A stretch of 64,000 nucleotides of DNA from Spirochaetia bacterium (GTDB lineage Bacteria; Spirochaetota; Spirochaetia; UBA9216): NCBI GenBank assembly GCA_963675665.1, contig OY776510.1, positions 128,001 through 192,000 of the forward strand, read 5' to 3'. The notes beneath the pieces were generated by a model. It searched no databases. It was given only the letters and a program-made list of their open reading frames with translations, and was not told the origin of the DNA. Shown here piece after piece: positions 40,750 to 51,385 of the stretch. Position 1 is the first letter of the stretch. The number at the start of each line of letters is the position of its first letter. A program made the position numbers and the translations under genes.

Positions 40750-42276
40750 TCAGGCTCCGCAGGCAGCTAATTCTTCGCTTACCATTGGCGTAAGCAGATC
40801 TGTCTTACACAGGAACCTCTCACTGTTATCAAATTCATGAACAACTTTACCTTTTTTCAGGACAAGTATCCTGTCTGAGAGGCTTAAAATTTCTTCAAGT
40901 TCATCTGATATGAATATTATGGATGTTCCTTCTTTTGCCAGGGAATCGATAAGACTATATATCTCTTCCTTGGCACCGACATCAACACCCCTGGTCGGCT
41001 GATCCAGTATTATCACTCTTGAACCGATGGAAAGCCACTTTCCGATTACTACTTTCTGCTGGTTTCCGCCGCTTAAAAAACGGACTTCCTGTTCTTCCGA
41101 ATGACATTTTATGCAAAGGAAATCTATCATTCTGCGGATCGATTTCCGCATCGCCCCGTAATTTATAACACCATATTTCGTGCTTTTTTTCAGGGATGCA
41201 AGCGAGATATTATCCCTGATTGTTCTTTTCAAAACAAGCCCTTCTGTTTTCCGGTCTTCAGGTATAAATGCCAGTTTGGCCGACACCGCCTTTGCGGGGG
41301 AACTAACATTTATCTTTTTACCGTCGAGGATTATTTCTCCGGAGGCGGTCTCTTCAGCTCCAAAAATCATCCGCGCCAGTTCCGTTCTGCCGGAGCCGAC
41401 AACTCCCGCTATTCCCAGAACTTCTCCCTTTCTCAGGTTAAAAGACACATCCTTTACGATTCCGTTCTTCTGGGTCAACTCCTTTACCTGAAGAACGGAA
41501 TCTTCCGACAGGTTGTCCCGGATATATTTTTTCTCGGAGTCCGAACAGTGACCTATCATGCATTCAACAATCTGCTTTTTTGTAAAGTCTTCGATATTCC
41601 GGGTTGTTACATTCTTTCCGTCACGAAGCACCGTCACCCTGTCCGCCACAGTAAAGATCTCTTCAAGAAAATGTGAAATATAAATAACAGATATACCTTG
41701 ATTACTAAGATCTTTTATTACTGAAAATAATTTTTCCGTTTCGCTGATTGAAAGCGACGAAGTAGGCTCATCCATTACCACAACACTTGATTGAATTGCC
41801 ACAATTCGTGCAATAAGAACAAGCTGCTGCATTGCCGGAGATAACGATTCTACTTTCCGGTTAGCGTCAATTGGAAAACCGAGGGAATCCAGCAGCGCCT
41901 GAGCTTCCTTTCTCATCGAGGGTCTGTCGATTACAGGAATGTTTTGCCCTTTTTTTTCCCTGCCTAAAAATATATTCTCGCTTACATCGAGATTTGTTAC
42001 TAAATCCAGTTCCTGATGAATCATGGTTATGCCGTGGTTAAGTGCATCAATGGGATCATTAAAATTCAATATTTCATTTTTTAAAACAATTTCTCCAGTA
42101 TAATTAACATAGATACCGTTCAGTATTTTCATCAAGGTTGACTTTCCAGCGCCGTTTGCTCCTACAATCGCATGGACTTCCCCTCGTTTAACATCAAGAT
42201 TGACGCTGTCAAGCACCCGCACTTTATCAAATTCTTTTGTGATATTTTTCATCTGAAGAACATAACTGTCATTCAT
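40750..42276 (-). CDS. Sugar ABC transporter ATPase (two NBDs, RbsA-like); start moved to MNDSYV
   Basis: GANGAGKST, MDEPT, PEDRK, LSGGNQQK, GVDVGAK. Confidence 0.92.
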   Translation of the reverse strand: MNDSYVLQMKNITKEFDKVRVLDSVNLDVKRGEVHAIVGANGAGKSTLMKILNGIYVNYTGEIVLKNEILNFNDPIDALNHGITMIHQELDLVTNLDVSENIFLGREKKGQNIPVIDRPSMRKEAQALLDSLGFPIDANRKVESLSPAMQQLVLIARIVAIQSSVVVMDEPTSSLSISETEKLFSVIKDLSNQGISVIYISHFLEEIFTVADRVTVLRDGKNVTTRNIEDFTKKQIVECMIGHCSDSEKKYIRDNLSEDSVLQVKELTQKNGIVKDVSFNLRKGEVLGIAGVVGSGRTELARMIFGAEETASGEIILDGKKINVSSPAKAVSAKLAFIPEDRKTEGLVLKRTIRDNISLASLKKSTKYGVINYGAMRKSIRRMIDFLCIKCHSEEQEVRFLSGGNQQKVVIGKWLSIGSRVIILDQPTRGVDVGAKEEIYSLIDSLAKEGTSIIFISDELEEILSLSDRILVLKKGKVVHEFDNSERFLCKTDLLTPMVSEELAACGA

Positions 42277-42289
42277 TCCAAACCTTCTT

Positions 42290-43279
42290 TTAATCTCTCT
42301 TTGTATTGGATAAACTGTCAATACCGACTGCACCGAGAATTATCATTCCGGTAATTGCTGACTGCCAGAAGGGATTAACCCCGAGCAGCTGAATAAGATT
42401 GAGTATCAGCCCCAGAATTATAGTTCCTATAACGGAACCCAGGATATTTCCGCGACCTCCTTCCAGCGAAATTCCCCCGACGATACACCCGGCTATTGCA
42501 GTAAGCTCATACCCCTGACATGCGTCCGCAGTCGCCATCAATACCCTTAAATTTAATAAAACCCCTCCGAGAGACGCTAACATTCCACAGTACATAAACG
42601 CCAGAATTCTCAGTTTTTGAGTCTTCACCCCGGAAAGCCATGATGCGTTTTCATTTCCGCCTATTGCATACAGATACTGACCGAAGGTGGTGTATCTCAG
42701 GACAAAGAACAGAACAACAGCAAGAACAATCCATATTGACGCTGAAATTGGAAAAGGTCCTATTTTTCCGAGACCAATCACGCCGTATGCCCTTGGAACC
42801 CCCATTACAGGAAAACCGTTGGTTACAATATAAATAATACCCCTTCCGATAGTCATTGTTCCCAGAGTCGTTACAAAATAGTTGATTTTAGCTTTGGTTA
42901 TTAATAGACCGTTTACAAGACCCATAATGCAGCCTACCGACAGGCCGCCTGCAACACCAATAACAAATCCGAACTCACGGAAAAGGTGTGTTGAAACTAT
43001 TGCCGTCAGCGCTGCCGTTGAGCTGACTGATAAATCAATCGCTCCAGTTATAAGAACAAAAGACATTCCCAGAGCAATGGTTCCATATACTGCATTATGG
43101 TTAAAAATATTAAAAATGTTTTCAATAGAACGAAATGTAGGTGAAATTATTCCGCTTACAATAAACATACCTATTAAAACGAAGAACATGGTATTTTCTC
43201 TTTTCTTCAACACCCTGCCGAGTCCAAGAGCGTTTTGCTTTATAAAACTACCCTCAACTCCGTTTATGATTTCTGACAC
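42290..43279 (-). CDS. Sugar ABC transporter permease (RbsC-like)
   Basis: IDLSV, YAIGGNE.AS.LSG, YELTAIAGCIVGG.SLEGGRG. Confidence 0.92.
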   Translation of the reverse strand: MSEIINGVEGSFIKQNALGLGRVLKKRENTMFFVLIGMFIVSGIISPTFRSIENIFNIFNHNAVYGTIALGMSFVLITGAIDLSVSSTAALTAIVSTHLFREFGFVIGVAGGLSVGCIMGLVNGLLITKAKINYFVTTLGTMTIGRGIIYIVTNGFPVMGVPRAYGVIGLGKIGPFPISASIWIVLAVVLFFVLRYTTFGQYLYAIGGNENASWLSGVKTQKLRILAFMYCGMLASLGGVLLNLRVLMATADACQGYELTAIAGCIVGGISLEGGRGNILGSVIGTIILGLILNLIQLLGVNPFWQSAITGMIILGAVGIDSLSNTKRD

Positions 43280-43304
43280 TTTAGCATCTCCTTATCTCAA
43301 CCGG

Positions 43305-43399
43305 AAAACCGGCTTTTCCTTCATTATGCATCTAACGGGAACCTCAGAACAAAGTGCTCTGAGGTTCCCTCATTAGAAGCCGGTTTTTCTGAAACCGGC
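43305..43399. other. Nested stem-loops between the SBP and permease genes
   Basis: GGGAACCTCAGA/TCTGAGGTTCCC perfect 12-bp stem, outer AAAACCGGCTT/AAGCCGGTTTT, and alternative GCCGGTTT/AAACCGGC. Confidence 0.6.
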
Positions 43400-43424
43400 C
43401 CGTTAATATACAATCTTTTGATCT

Positions 43425-44396
43425 CTACCAGGCTGCTCCATAATTCCCGATATTATCAACAGTTACTTTCGGCAAATCAGTCCAGGTCTGTTTTTCTATG
43501 TTCCTGTCTCCGTTTAGGTAGCGAACAGCCACCTCTATACCGAGATTACCCTGTTCCTGTGGATCCTGAAGAACCGTACCGTAGATTTCTCCTTCATGGA
43601 TTGAATCAACAACTTCCTGAGGCAGATCAAAACATACAATTTTACCAAGAAGTTCATCTCTTCCTGAAGACTTTACCGCTTCAACAGCGCCAAGGGCTTC
43701 GTAAGGCCCCTGCAATACGATTGCGTCAATTTCTCCCTTTTTATACTTTAAAAGGAAATTCTCAACTACAACTATTGTTTTAGCCTTATCCCAGTCTTCC
43801 GGCTGTTTTGCAAGGATATTGATACCCGGAGCATTTTTGGAAATATAATCCTCAAGCCCCTGTTCCCTCATTACCTGAGGCGAACTTCCGAGGGAGCCCT
43901 GACAGAGGACGATATTTCCATTACCAGCCAGCAATTCATCAAGGATTTCCCCCTGAATAGAGCCTCCGGTACGGTCATCACATCCTACATATGTTACTAT
44001 ATCAGGACCTTCTCCGAGCTGACGGTTTACTGTTACTATAGGAATACCCGCCGCGATGCATTTATCAGCTACAGGAACCAGTGCATCAAGCTGCGCTGCG
44101 ACAATGATAACAAGATCTTTCTTCTGAATGATAAAAGTTTCAATCTGGCTCATCTGAACATTCGGATCTGATTTTCCGTCCTGAATATCAAGATTTGCGC
44201 CCAACCTGTCTGCAGCACCTTCCATACCCTTCATCATACGAACAAAAAAGGGAATTTTGAAATCGGCCATAGCAACGCCGATGTTATACCCCTGACTGGA
44301 TGTTCCTGTATCTTCCTGTGATCCGTTTGCAAAACTAACCCCGCATACCAGCAGCATTGCAGTTGCCATCACGATTACCAGCATCTTTCTTTTCAT
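43425..44396 (-). CDS. Sugar/polyol ABC substrate-binding protein (RbsB-like)
   Basis: Signal peptide; PFF, AGIPIVTVNR, YVGCDD, TVLQDP. Confidence 0.9.
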   Translation of the reverse strand: MKRKMLVIVMATAMLLVCGVSFANGSQEDTGTSSQGYNIGVAMADFKIPFFVRMMKGMEGAADRLGANLDIQDGKSDPNVQMSQIETFIIQKKDLVIIVAAQLDALVPVADKCIAAGIPIVTVNRQLGEGPDIVTYVGCDDRTGGSIQGEILDELLAGNGNIVLCQGSLGSSPQVMREQGLEDYISKNAPGINILAKQPEDWDKAKTIVVVENFLLKYKKGEIDAIVLQGPYEALGAVEAVKSSGRDELLGKIVCFDLPQEVVDSIHEGEIYGTVLQDPQEQGNLGIEVAVRYLNGDRNIEKQTWTDLPKVTVDNIGNYGAAW

Positions 44397-44493
44397 GCTA
44401 ATCCTCCTTAAAATAATTACCCTGCCCTGATTTTCCAGGACTTAATACTTTACGATTACCACGTCATTTCCGGAAATAATTTCTCATGGTTGA

Positions 44494-44562
44494 TGTATTA
44501 TAGATTACGTTTACATATAAGTAAAATAAATATATTTAATGTTTACTATGCATTAAACTTAT
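44494..44562 (-). promoter_or_regulatory. Promoter of ABC-GRE1 operon with LysR boxes
   Basis: TTTACT-17-TATAAT on minus strand; T-N11-A boxes over the -35 and at 44548-44562 (ATGCATTAAACTTAT). Confidence 0.7.
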
Positions 44563-44576
44563 ACTATAATAATTAT

Positions 44577-45461
44577 ATGAACCTGGATTGGTACAGAGTA
44601 TTTTTTCAATTAGCTAAAAGCGGCAGTTTTTCAAAAGCCTCAAAGGAACTGTTTGTAACCCAGCCTGCCGTCAGTAGAACAATCGCACAACTGGAAGACT
44701 TTTTAGGGTGTGAATTATTTTACAGATCGCGTCAGGGTGTAACTTTAACAGAACAGGGAAAGGTCTTGTATGAGAACCTAGAAAATGCATTCGATTCAAT
44801 CTCAGCTGCGGAAAAAGCTATTGAAGAAATACAAACCCTGAAAAAAGGGGAAATAAAATTCGGAGCAAGCGATATTTTATTTAGAAACTATCTTGTTGAG
44901 ATTCTAAAACTGTTTAAATCGGAGTATCCTAATATAAAAATAAAAATTGTCTCACATAGTACTTCAAATATTATAAACCTGCTAAAAAGAGGAGAAATCG
45001 ATTTCGGCATAGTAAATTTACCGGTTGCTACTGACAAGAAACTAGCATTTAAACCCATCATAACAGTACAGGACTGCTTTATAGTGGGCGAAAAATATAA
45101 ACATCTGGTTGAAAAAAGAATTCATCTTAATGAATTAGTTGATTATCCTTTTATACTATTGAATAATTCAACAAATACCAGAAAACATATAAACCAGCAT
45201 TTTAAAAATAATTCCATCTCGATTATTCCTGATTTTGAATTTGGAAATACTGATTTGCTTGTAGAATTTGCAAAAAATGATTTTGGTATTGCTTATGTCT
45301 GCAAAAATTTTGTTAAACAAAATCTTGAATCAGGCCAGGTTTATGAAATAAATCTTTATGAAGAGATACCTCCACGAGAAATCAGTGTTGCCTGGTTAAA
45401 CAGCATACCTCTTTCGGTAGTGTCAAAAGCCTTTATTGAGATGCTGGATAAACCTGTATAA
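44577..45461 (+). CDS. LysR-family regulator; start moved to MNLDWY
   Basis: SFSKASKELFVTQPAVSRTIAQLE...LF.R; TATAAT 6 nt before ATG. Confidence 0.93.
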   Translation: MNLDWYRVFFQLAKSGSFSKASKELFVTQPAVSRTIAQLEDFLGCELFYRSRQGVTLTEQGKVLYENLENAFDSISAAEKAIEEIQTLKKGEIKFGASDILFRNYLVEILKLFKSEYPNIKIKIVSHSTSNIINLLKRGEIDFGIVNLPVATDKKLAFKPIITVQDCFIVGEKYKHLVEKRIHLNELVDYPFILLNNSTNTRKHINQHFKNNSISIIPDFEFGNTDLLVEFAKNDFGIAYVCKNFVKQNLESGQVYEINLYEEIPPREISVAWLNSIPLSVVSKAFIEMLDKPV

Positions 45462-45507
45462 AAACCAGGTGTGAATTATTAACAGTCCAATAAATATCTG
45501 TATCTCT

Positions 45508-46125
45508 CTAGAAATTTAAATCAAATATATCCTGCGGTTGTTTAAAAATATATTCTGCATTAATATCTGTAATTGTTTTAGCACCCCAGGATGCCAAACC
45601 GAAATCTATTTCCGCATTTATGGCACAAAGGCTGTCATACAGAGTATCTCCAATATAGATCACGGAAGACGGATCAGCTCCTGATAATTCCAAATATTTC
45701 AATAATGGAGCCGGCTGCGGTTTATGGTTTAGAGTGTCATCCACACAAACGGTATATTTAAAATATTTTTTTAAATCAAGATTATCAAATAATTTATCCA
45801 GAGCATTTCTCGTTCTGGAGGTTACAATTCCCATAGTGATGTCTTTATTATATAAGGCGTCAAGCATGTTTCTTATACCGTTAAATAAAACAAGCGATTT
45901 ACTTTCATGTCTTAAATAAAAATCCCATTCCTCCTTGGCCTGTTTAATATTCTTAATTCCCAATAGTCTCAAAGCCTCTACGCCGGGAATACCTAATACA
46001 AAAGACAATTCTTTATTTTCTTTTTTTATTCCATATTTTTCGACAACTTTACTCAATGTTGAGATAATTACATTTTCAGAATCAATCAATGTACCGTCTA
46101 CATCGAAAACAAAATTTAGATACAT
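45508..46125 (-). CDS. HAD-IA family phosphatase; start moved to MYLNFVFD
   Basis: FDVDGTLIDS, VTSR, KPQP, YIGDT.YD. Confidence 0.88.
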   Translation of the reverse strand: MYLNFVFDVDGTLIDSENVIISTLSKVVEKYGIKKENKELSFVLGIPGVEALRLLGIKNIKQAKEEWDFYLRHESKSLVLFNGIRNMLDALYNKDITMGIVTSRTRNALDKLFDNLDLKKYFKYTVCVDDTLNHKPQPAPLLKYLELSGADPSSVIYIGDTLYDSLCAINAEIDFGLASWGAKTITDINAEYIFKQPQDIFDLNF

Positions 46126-46222
46126 AAAAACATCCTTATACAACAATAAACAATTGCTATAAACATATACAGGGAGTATCCGGGCGATCATAAATGATAT
46201 ATCCAATCAGGTATGAAGCTTT

Positions 46223-47164
46223 TCATTGGCCGCTGCCGCCAACACTTACCATAAACCCAAAATCCGTGAGAATATTTGCTGTTTTTGTAATCTCTTCAAG
46301 GCTTATCCCCTGCTGGTTTTTAAAACTGTAATCCTTATCCAACCCTTCCCATTTTGTCTCTCCGGCCTGATGGAAAGGCATCAGATGTATTTCCTCAATT
46401 CCCGCAGCTTTACAAAAGTTCCCCATAGTCTCAATTTCCCGTGTCGAATTGTTTACACCGGGAATTAAGGGATATCTTACAATAATCTTTTTCCCCTTGT
46501 CCACGGCATCACGTAAATTTTGCCGGATCAGCTTGTCATCAACTCCTGTATATTCTCTGTGCATATCTGCATTCGGGTGTTTAATATCAAAGAGTATTAA
46601 ATCAGCGGGAAGGATAACACGACGAAAATTTTCAGTTGAAGCATACCCACAGGTCTCTATTGTGATATGGATATCGTCTTCTTTCAGAGAAATTATAAGC
46701 TGTTCCGCGAAAATACTTTGTAAGGTTACCTCCCCGCCGGACAGCGTAACACCGCCGCCGCTGTTCATATAGAAAACAAGATCGCGACTGACAATTTCTC
46801 TGAGCTCATCAACCGTATAAAATTTCCCTATCAGCCTCCGCGCCTCCGACGGACATACTTTTGCGCACTCACCACAGTCGGTACATTTTAAACGATCAGT
46901 TATCAGTTTTTCATCACTGATGTATATTGCGTCAGATTTACAGACTTCGGCACACTTTCCACAACCGATACAGGCATCCTGATCATAAATTATTTCAGGC
47001 ATCATTCTGAACGTTTCAGGATTATGACACCATTTACACCTAAGAGGACACCCCTTGAAAAAAACTGTGGTCCGGAGCCCCGGACCGTCATGGACACAGT
47101 ATCTCTGAATATCCGAAATTACAGCAATGGTGCCGGATTTTATTCTATCTTGCTCCCTCATCAT
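46223..47164 (-). CDS. Glycyl-radical enzyme activase 2 (radical SAM with ferredoxin insert)
   Basis: HDGPGLRT, GCPLRCKWCHNPET, two CX2CX2CX3C, GGVTLSGGE. Confidence 0.93.
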   Translation of the reverse strand: MMREQDRIKSGTIAVISDIQRYCVHDGPGLRTTVFFKGCPLRCKWCHNPETFRMMPEIIYDQDACIGCGKCAEVCKSDAIYISDEKLITDRLKCTDCGECAKVCPSEARRLIGKFYTVDELREIVSRDLVFYMNSGGGVTLSGGEVTLQSIFAEQLIISLKEDDIHITIETCGYASTENFRRVILPADLILFDIKHPNADMHREYTGVDDKLIRQNLRDAVDKGKKIIVRYPLIPGVNNSTREIETMGNFCKAAGIEEIHLMPFHQAGETKWEGLDKDYSFKNQQGISLEEITKTANILTDFGFMVSVGGSGQ

Positions 47165-49437
47165 ATACCATGCTTTACCCTTTTTATCATAATATCCTGA
47201 TGCATCTTCGGCAGTGCGACAAAATACCCCGAATACCCCCCTATGCGCACTCTGAGCCCCTTATAAGCCTCCGGTTGTTTCTGGGCATTACGCATCATTT
47301 CCTCACTGACTCCGGTAACAGTCAAGATGTTTCCTCCCAACTCCATAAAGGAGCGGATAATTCCTGTTAGCCTTTGTATCCCTTCATCACCAGCTGCCTC
47401 ATTTGCATTAATTTGTATATCCAGCGGGCAACCGCCGAAATACGGCAGAAGATCCGGCTTGGTGCATGATAAAATAGCTGCTGTCGGACCGTTTGTATCA
47501 CAACCGACTGACGGAGAATAATTACTGGATATTGTGGTTTCTGCACTGCGTCCGTCCGGAGAAGCCCCGCAGCGACCTCCCAATTTTGCGTAATGCTCAA
47601 ATGTGCCCAACGCGAGAGGAAGCATCATCTTCGGGTCTTCCGCCTGTAAATCCTTCACATAAGCAGCTAAATCACCCAATATACGTATCATCAGCTCATC
47701 CGCATAATTATCATCGTTTCCGAATTTTAAGCCCCTTGATGCAAGTGTTTCACGAAGAACCTCATAACCTTTAAAATTTTCACTGGTAGCATTTATTATC
47801 TGCTTCATAGTGAATTTATTTTCCTCAAAAACAAATTTCCTGATTGCGGCAAGAGAATCGACGGTATTTGCCATTCCGGAGATTATAGGCGGATACATCA
47901 TATACCTGGCCCCGCCGTTCGTAATATCCAGACCGTTTTCAATACAGTCGTCAATAAATATCGACAGCATCGGGTCCGGTGCGATTGTGCTGTGCACCCC
48001 GTAGATATTTCTTCTTGTTCTGATTCCATCGCTTATCGCTTTCTTCATATGGGAAAGATAAGCATCATACAGCTGCTCAAAAGCCGTAAATTCTTTCGCA
48101 TCCCCGGTATCGAGCTCACATTCTCTTGTCTTCCGAACCAGGCTGCAGCCGTTATGAAGCGTATATTCCAGCTGTAGAAGGGATTCAATATCAACATGGT
48201 TGTGATCAGTACATCCGGGGATAAGCGTTTCCCAGCACCCGTCATTTGAATAATCGCGCGCATCCTCCAGCGGCACGCCCTTTTCGGTAAATCCCGGTAT
48301 TATTTTTTCATCATTATAAATGGCAGGTTCGCCGCTTCCCGAACGCAGTATTCGTGCACATTCCTCATATAAACGCGGTGGAGATCCTTTAAAAAACCGG
48401 ACTGACATCACTGGAGCTATCAGTTCAAGCTTATTCCATAACCGCAAGATCATATAAGTCAGCTCGTTTGTCGCATCGTTGCCATCCCTTTTCTGACCGC
48501 CGATTATTGCATTCATAAACCAGGAATTTGCTCCGATTCCGTAGTTCCCGGTTCCGGGCGCAGTAAAATACGGAGGGACCTTTTCTGAAAGATCGATAGC
48601 CTTTCCGCCCGGGGCAAAATCCGTTACCTCTGCATGGCTTTCCCAGGAATCCGGACTTGTCTGGATGCGTTCACTGAATTTTGCAAGCCAGGAGGCTAAA
48701 AGCTCTTCCGCATATTCCTGTGATATCAAACCGCTTTCAGTGTCCTCTTTATAGAAAGGATAGAAGTACTGGTCGCAGCGCCCGACAGGAATCAAATCCA
48801 TTGTGGATTGGAGGGCAATATAAACAATCCAGAAACACTGTAATGCTTCATGAAGCGTCTCCGGCGCATTTTCCGGTGTTTTTTCAAGGATCCTTGCGAT
48901 TTCCAGAAGTTCATTGCGCCTGGCTGCATCGGATTCATTCAACGATTCAAACTGCGCGATTTTAGCGTAACGTTGAGCGAAACGTTTCAGGGCATCCAGA
49001 GATATAAACATCGCTTCATATTCAGATATCTTTCTTTCATCACTTTCAAGCTTTAATTTTTCTAAAATCTTTTCACGATAACCATGCAATCCAAGCTTTA
49101 GAAGCTTCTCAAAATTTATAGGCAGATGAGCCCATACAGAGTTTACCCCGACCCCTTTTTTTGCTGCCTCCTCTTTTTCTTCAGGGGTGGCATATTCAGG
49201 GAATTCACGTCCCAGTTCGCTGCTGGCCATTCCGGCGATGCCGACAATCAATTCGTAAGGTCTGATATATGCCGGCATGTTATTTATCATTAAATCTATT
49301 GCCATTGCCTTGCGTATAACAATCGGCAAAGATCCGGCCTTTTCGTCCGTCAATACAGTGAGCTCACTGCCCCACCATTCTTTTTTTTCTTTGAAACCGT
49401 CAAACATGCTTTTTTTTATTTTTTCTATTCTGGTCAT
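47161..49437 (-). CDS. Glycyl radical enzyme 2 (non-PFL, GCWE Cys loop)
   Basis: GRCDQY, DYSNDGCWE, KFGNDD, ASPDGR, Gly loop RIGGYS. Confidence 0.9.
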   Translation of the reverse strand: MTRIEKIKKSMFDGFKEKKEWWGSELTVLTDEKAGSLPIVIRKAMAIDLMINNMPAYIRPYELIVGIAGMASSELGREFPEYATPEEKEEAAKKGVGVNSVWAHLPINFEKLLKLGLHGYREKILEKLKLESDERKISEYEAMFISLDALKRFAQRYAKIAQFESLNESDAARRNELLEIARILEKTPENAPETLHEALQCFWIVYIALQSTMDLIPVGRCDQYFYPFYKEDTESGLISQEYAEELLASWLAKFSERIQTSPDSWESHAEVTDFAPGGKAIDLSEKVPPYFTAPGTGNYGIGANSWFMNAIIGGQKRDGNDATNELTYMILRLWNKLELIAPVMSVRFFKGSPPRLYEECARILRSGSGEPAIYNDEKIIPGFTEKGVPLEDARDYSNDGCWETLIPGCTDHNHVDIESLLQLEYTLHNGCSLVRKTRECELDTGDAKEFTAFEQLYDAYLSHMKKAISDGIRTRRNIYGVHSTIAPDPMLSIFIDDCIENGLDITNGGARYMMYPPIISGMANTVDSLAAIRKFVFEENKFTMKQIINATSENFKGYEVLRETLASRGLKFGNDDNYADELMIRILGDLAAYVKDLQAEDPKMMLPLALGTFEHYAKLGGRCGASPDGRSAETTISSNYSPSVGCDTNGPTAAILSCTKPDLLPYFGGCPLDIQINANEAAGDEGIQRLTGIIRSFMELGGNILTVTGVSEEMMRNAQKQPEAYKGLRVRIGGYSGYFVALPKMHQDIMIKRVKHGI

Positions 49438-49474
49438 ATTGCTCTCCTGATGTTTAGTTTCATGCCTGCTAAGA

Positions 49475-51370
49475 TTACTGCTGACTTATATACTCCCCGA
49501 CCCAGTCAAGATTTAAGGACATCAGGCGGGTTTTTGAAGGCTCACCTTTTTCTCCGACCCACCCCGCCATTTCGTAATACTGCTCTCTTGTTTCATTAAA
49601 ATCGGCTTCATTAACGACCTTCCCTTCCGAAATACCATCCGCTAAAGGAGTCGACAGTTTAAGCGGTAATTTATCGTCATCCTTATCAAATCCTTCGCGG
49701 ATATTGAATGCGCGCATCATCTGCAAACCGCGCTCTCCAACCATCAGCATCTCGTAAAGATTTGTTTCCCACCCTGTCGCAAAGTTGATAGCGTCCACCA
49801 GTTCATCAAAGCTGTACGCTCCGCCGAAACCGAATATCATAATGCATACCGATGCTGTATCAACCAGAGCGTATGCTCTTTGAGTCCGCCAGAACAATTT
49901 CGCTTTTTCGGAGTTAAGCTCATCAGGAGCTTCAATCCTGTCGAATCCAAAACTTTTCAGCCTATTCGACAGAGGATAGGTCCCAAGGCTCGGATCCATT
50001 TCCACTGAAACATGATCCGAGCCGAAAGATACCAATGCATATGACAACCCTAAAACGGCTTTAGTCTGCGGCATATGCGCAGGAAACTCTTTCTTTTTAA
50101 CCGTGATTAAAAGCTTACTGCTGTTATTTCCGAAAATTCCGGAAAGCCTCTCCGAGCCGAGAGCGATAAGCTTGCCGAATCCAGTTCCAGTACCAGTCAT
50201 TTCAGCCAACCGGATTACTGATTCGGAATTACCGAAATGGCAGTCGAATCCTTCCGTATCTTCCGCAGTGATAATTCCCTTCTCAAAACATTCCATGATA
50301 AAGCCCATTGTTGCACCGAACGAGACTGTATCCATTGCATACATGGCGCAAATCTCATTGATTTTACAGATAGCGAGCTTATCGGATATCCCGAGATTGG
50401 AACCGCACATTCCGATTGTTTCATATTCAGGTCCACCGTACTTTGCATCTATCCGGTCGGTCTTGCTTTTGTCCACATGACGCTTGCAGCTTTGTGCACA
50501 GGCATAACACGTGCCCGGTTTGATTATTTCTTCATTCCAGGCTTCCGGCATCAGTTTATCAACATTTTCGAATGTTCCTGATGTCCAGTTTCTGGTCGGC
50601 AATCCCCCCAGGGCGGAATTTTCCACAACACAGCCTATTGTTCCGTTCTGTTTGAAACTCTGAAGACCGACGCTTTCACGTATTCTGTTAATTCCCTTCC
50701 GGGCAAAGATTTTCATACCTTCCGGATCAAAAAAATCCGGTTTCTGCGTTCCGCGAACGGCAATGGCTCTTAAATTCTTGGAACCCATCACCGCACCGAG
50801 CCCCCCCCTGCCGTTAAAATGCGCAAGTTCATTTACAATATTAGCGTATCTACACAATGTTTCGCCCGCGCAGCCTATTTGTGCTACTCTGATTTTTTGA
50901 TCTTCATGATAATTTCTGATATGTGCTTGCGCTTCTCCTGTTGTTTTTCCCCATATTTCCGCTGCATCAAGCAGTGAATATTCTCCGTCACAGATCCACA
51001 GATACGAAGGAGTTTCCGCTTTTCCGGTCAGAACTATCGCATCAAAACCGGCTTTTTTCATCTCAGGCGCAAAGTAACCGCCGCCCTCACTTGTCGCAAT
51101 CCCGCCGGTAAGCGGAGATTTGGCTGTTACGGAATGCCTGGAAGCACCGGAAATATTTGATCCTGTAAGCGGACCGACTGTAAAAGCAATAACATTGTCC
51201 GGCGATAATGGATCAACACCCTGTTCTGTTCCCTGCATTACATAGTAAACACCCATACAGCTGCCGCCGACATACTTACGATAGAAATCTTCATTTGGTC
51301 TTTCTATTTCAAATTTCTGTTCAGTTAAATTAATATGCAGTATTTTACCGTTGTATCCTTTCATCCTCAC
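49475..51370 (-). CDS. Aldehyde:ferredoxin oxidoreductase family (W/Mo-pterin)
   Basis: GYNGKIL, KSPLTG, GRGGLGAVMGSKNLRAI, CYACAQSC, GPEYET, FNIREG. Confidence 0.92.
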   Translation of the reverse strand: MRMKGYNGKILHINLTEQKFEIERPNEDFYRKYVGGSCMGVYYVMQGTEQGVDPLSPDNVIAFTVGPLTGSNISGASRHSVTAKSPLTGGIATSEGGGYFAPEMKKAGFDAIVLTGKAETPSYLWICDGEYSLLDAAEIWGKTTGEAQAHIRNYHEDQKIRVAQIGCAGETLCRYANIVNELAHFNGRGGLGAVMGSKNLRAIAVRGTQKPDFFDPEGMKIFARKGINRIRESVGLQSFKQNGTIGCVVENSALGGLPTRNWTSGTFENVDKLMPEAWNEEIIKPGTCYACAQSCKRHVDKSKTDRIDAKYGGPEYETIGMCGSNLGISDKLAICKINEICAMYAMDTVSFGATMGFIMECFEKGIITAEDTEGFDCHFGNSESVIRLAEMTGTGTGFGKLIALGSERLSGIFGNNSSKLLITVKKKEFPAHMPQTKAVLGLSYALVSFGSDHVSVEMDPSLGTYPLSNRLKSFGFDRIEAPDELNSEKAKLFWRTQRAYALVDTASVCIMIFGFGGAYSFDELVDAINFATGWETNLYEMLMVGERGLQMMRAFNIREGFDKDDDKLPLKLSTPLADGISEGKVVNEADFNETREQYYEMAGWVGEKGEPSKTRLMSLNLDWVGEYISQQ

Positions 51371-51385
51371 CTCAATTCTTTAGAA

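Noticed and set aside
38323-49437. Calling either GRE pyruvate formate-lyase, CutC or a BMC-associated diol dehydratase
   Set aside because: No CC motif; activases carry ferredoxin inserts; no shell genes or choline-related neighbours
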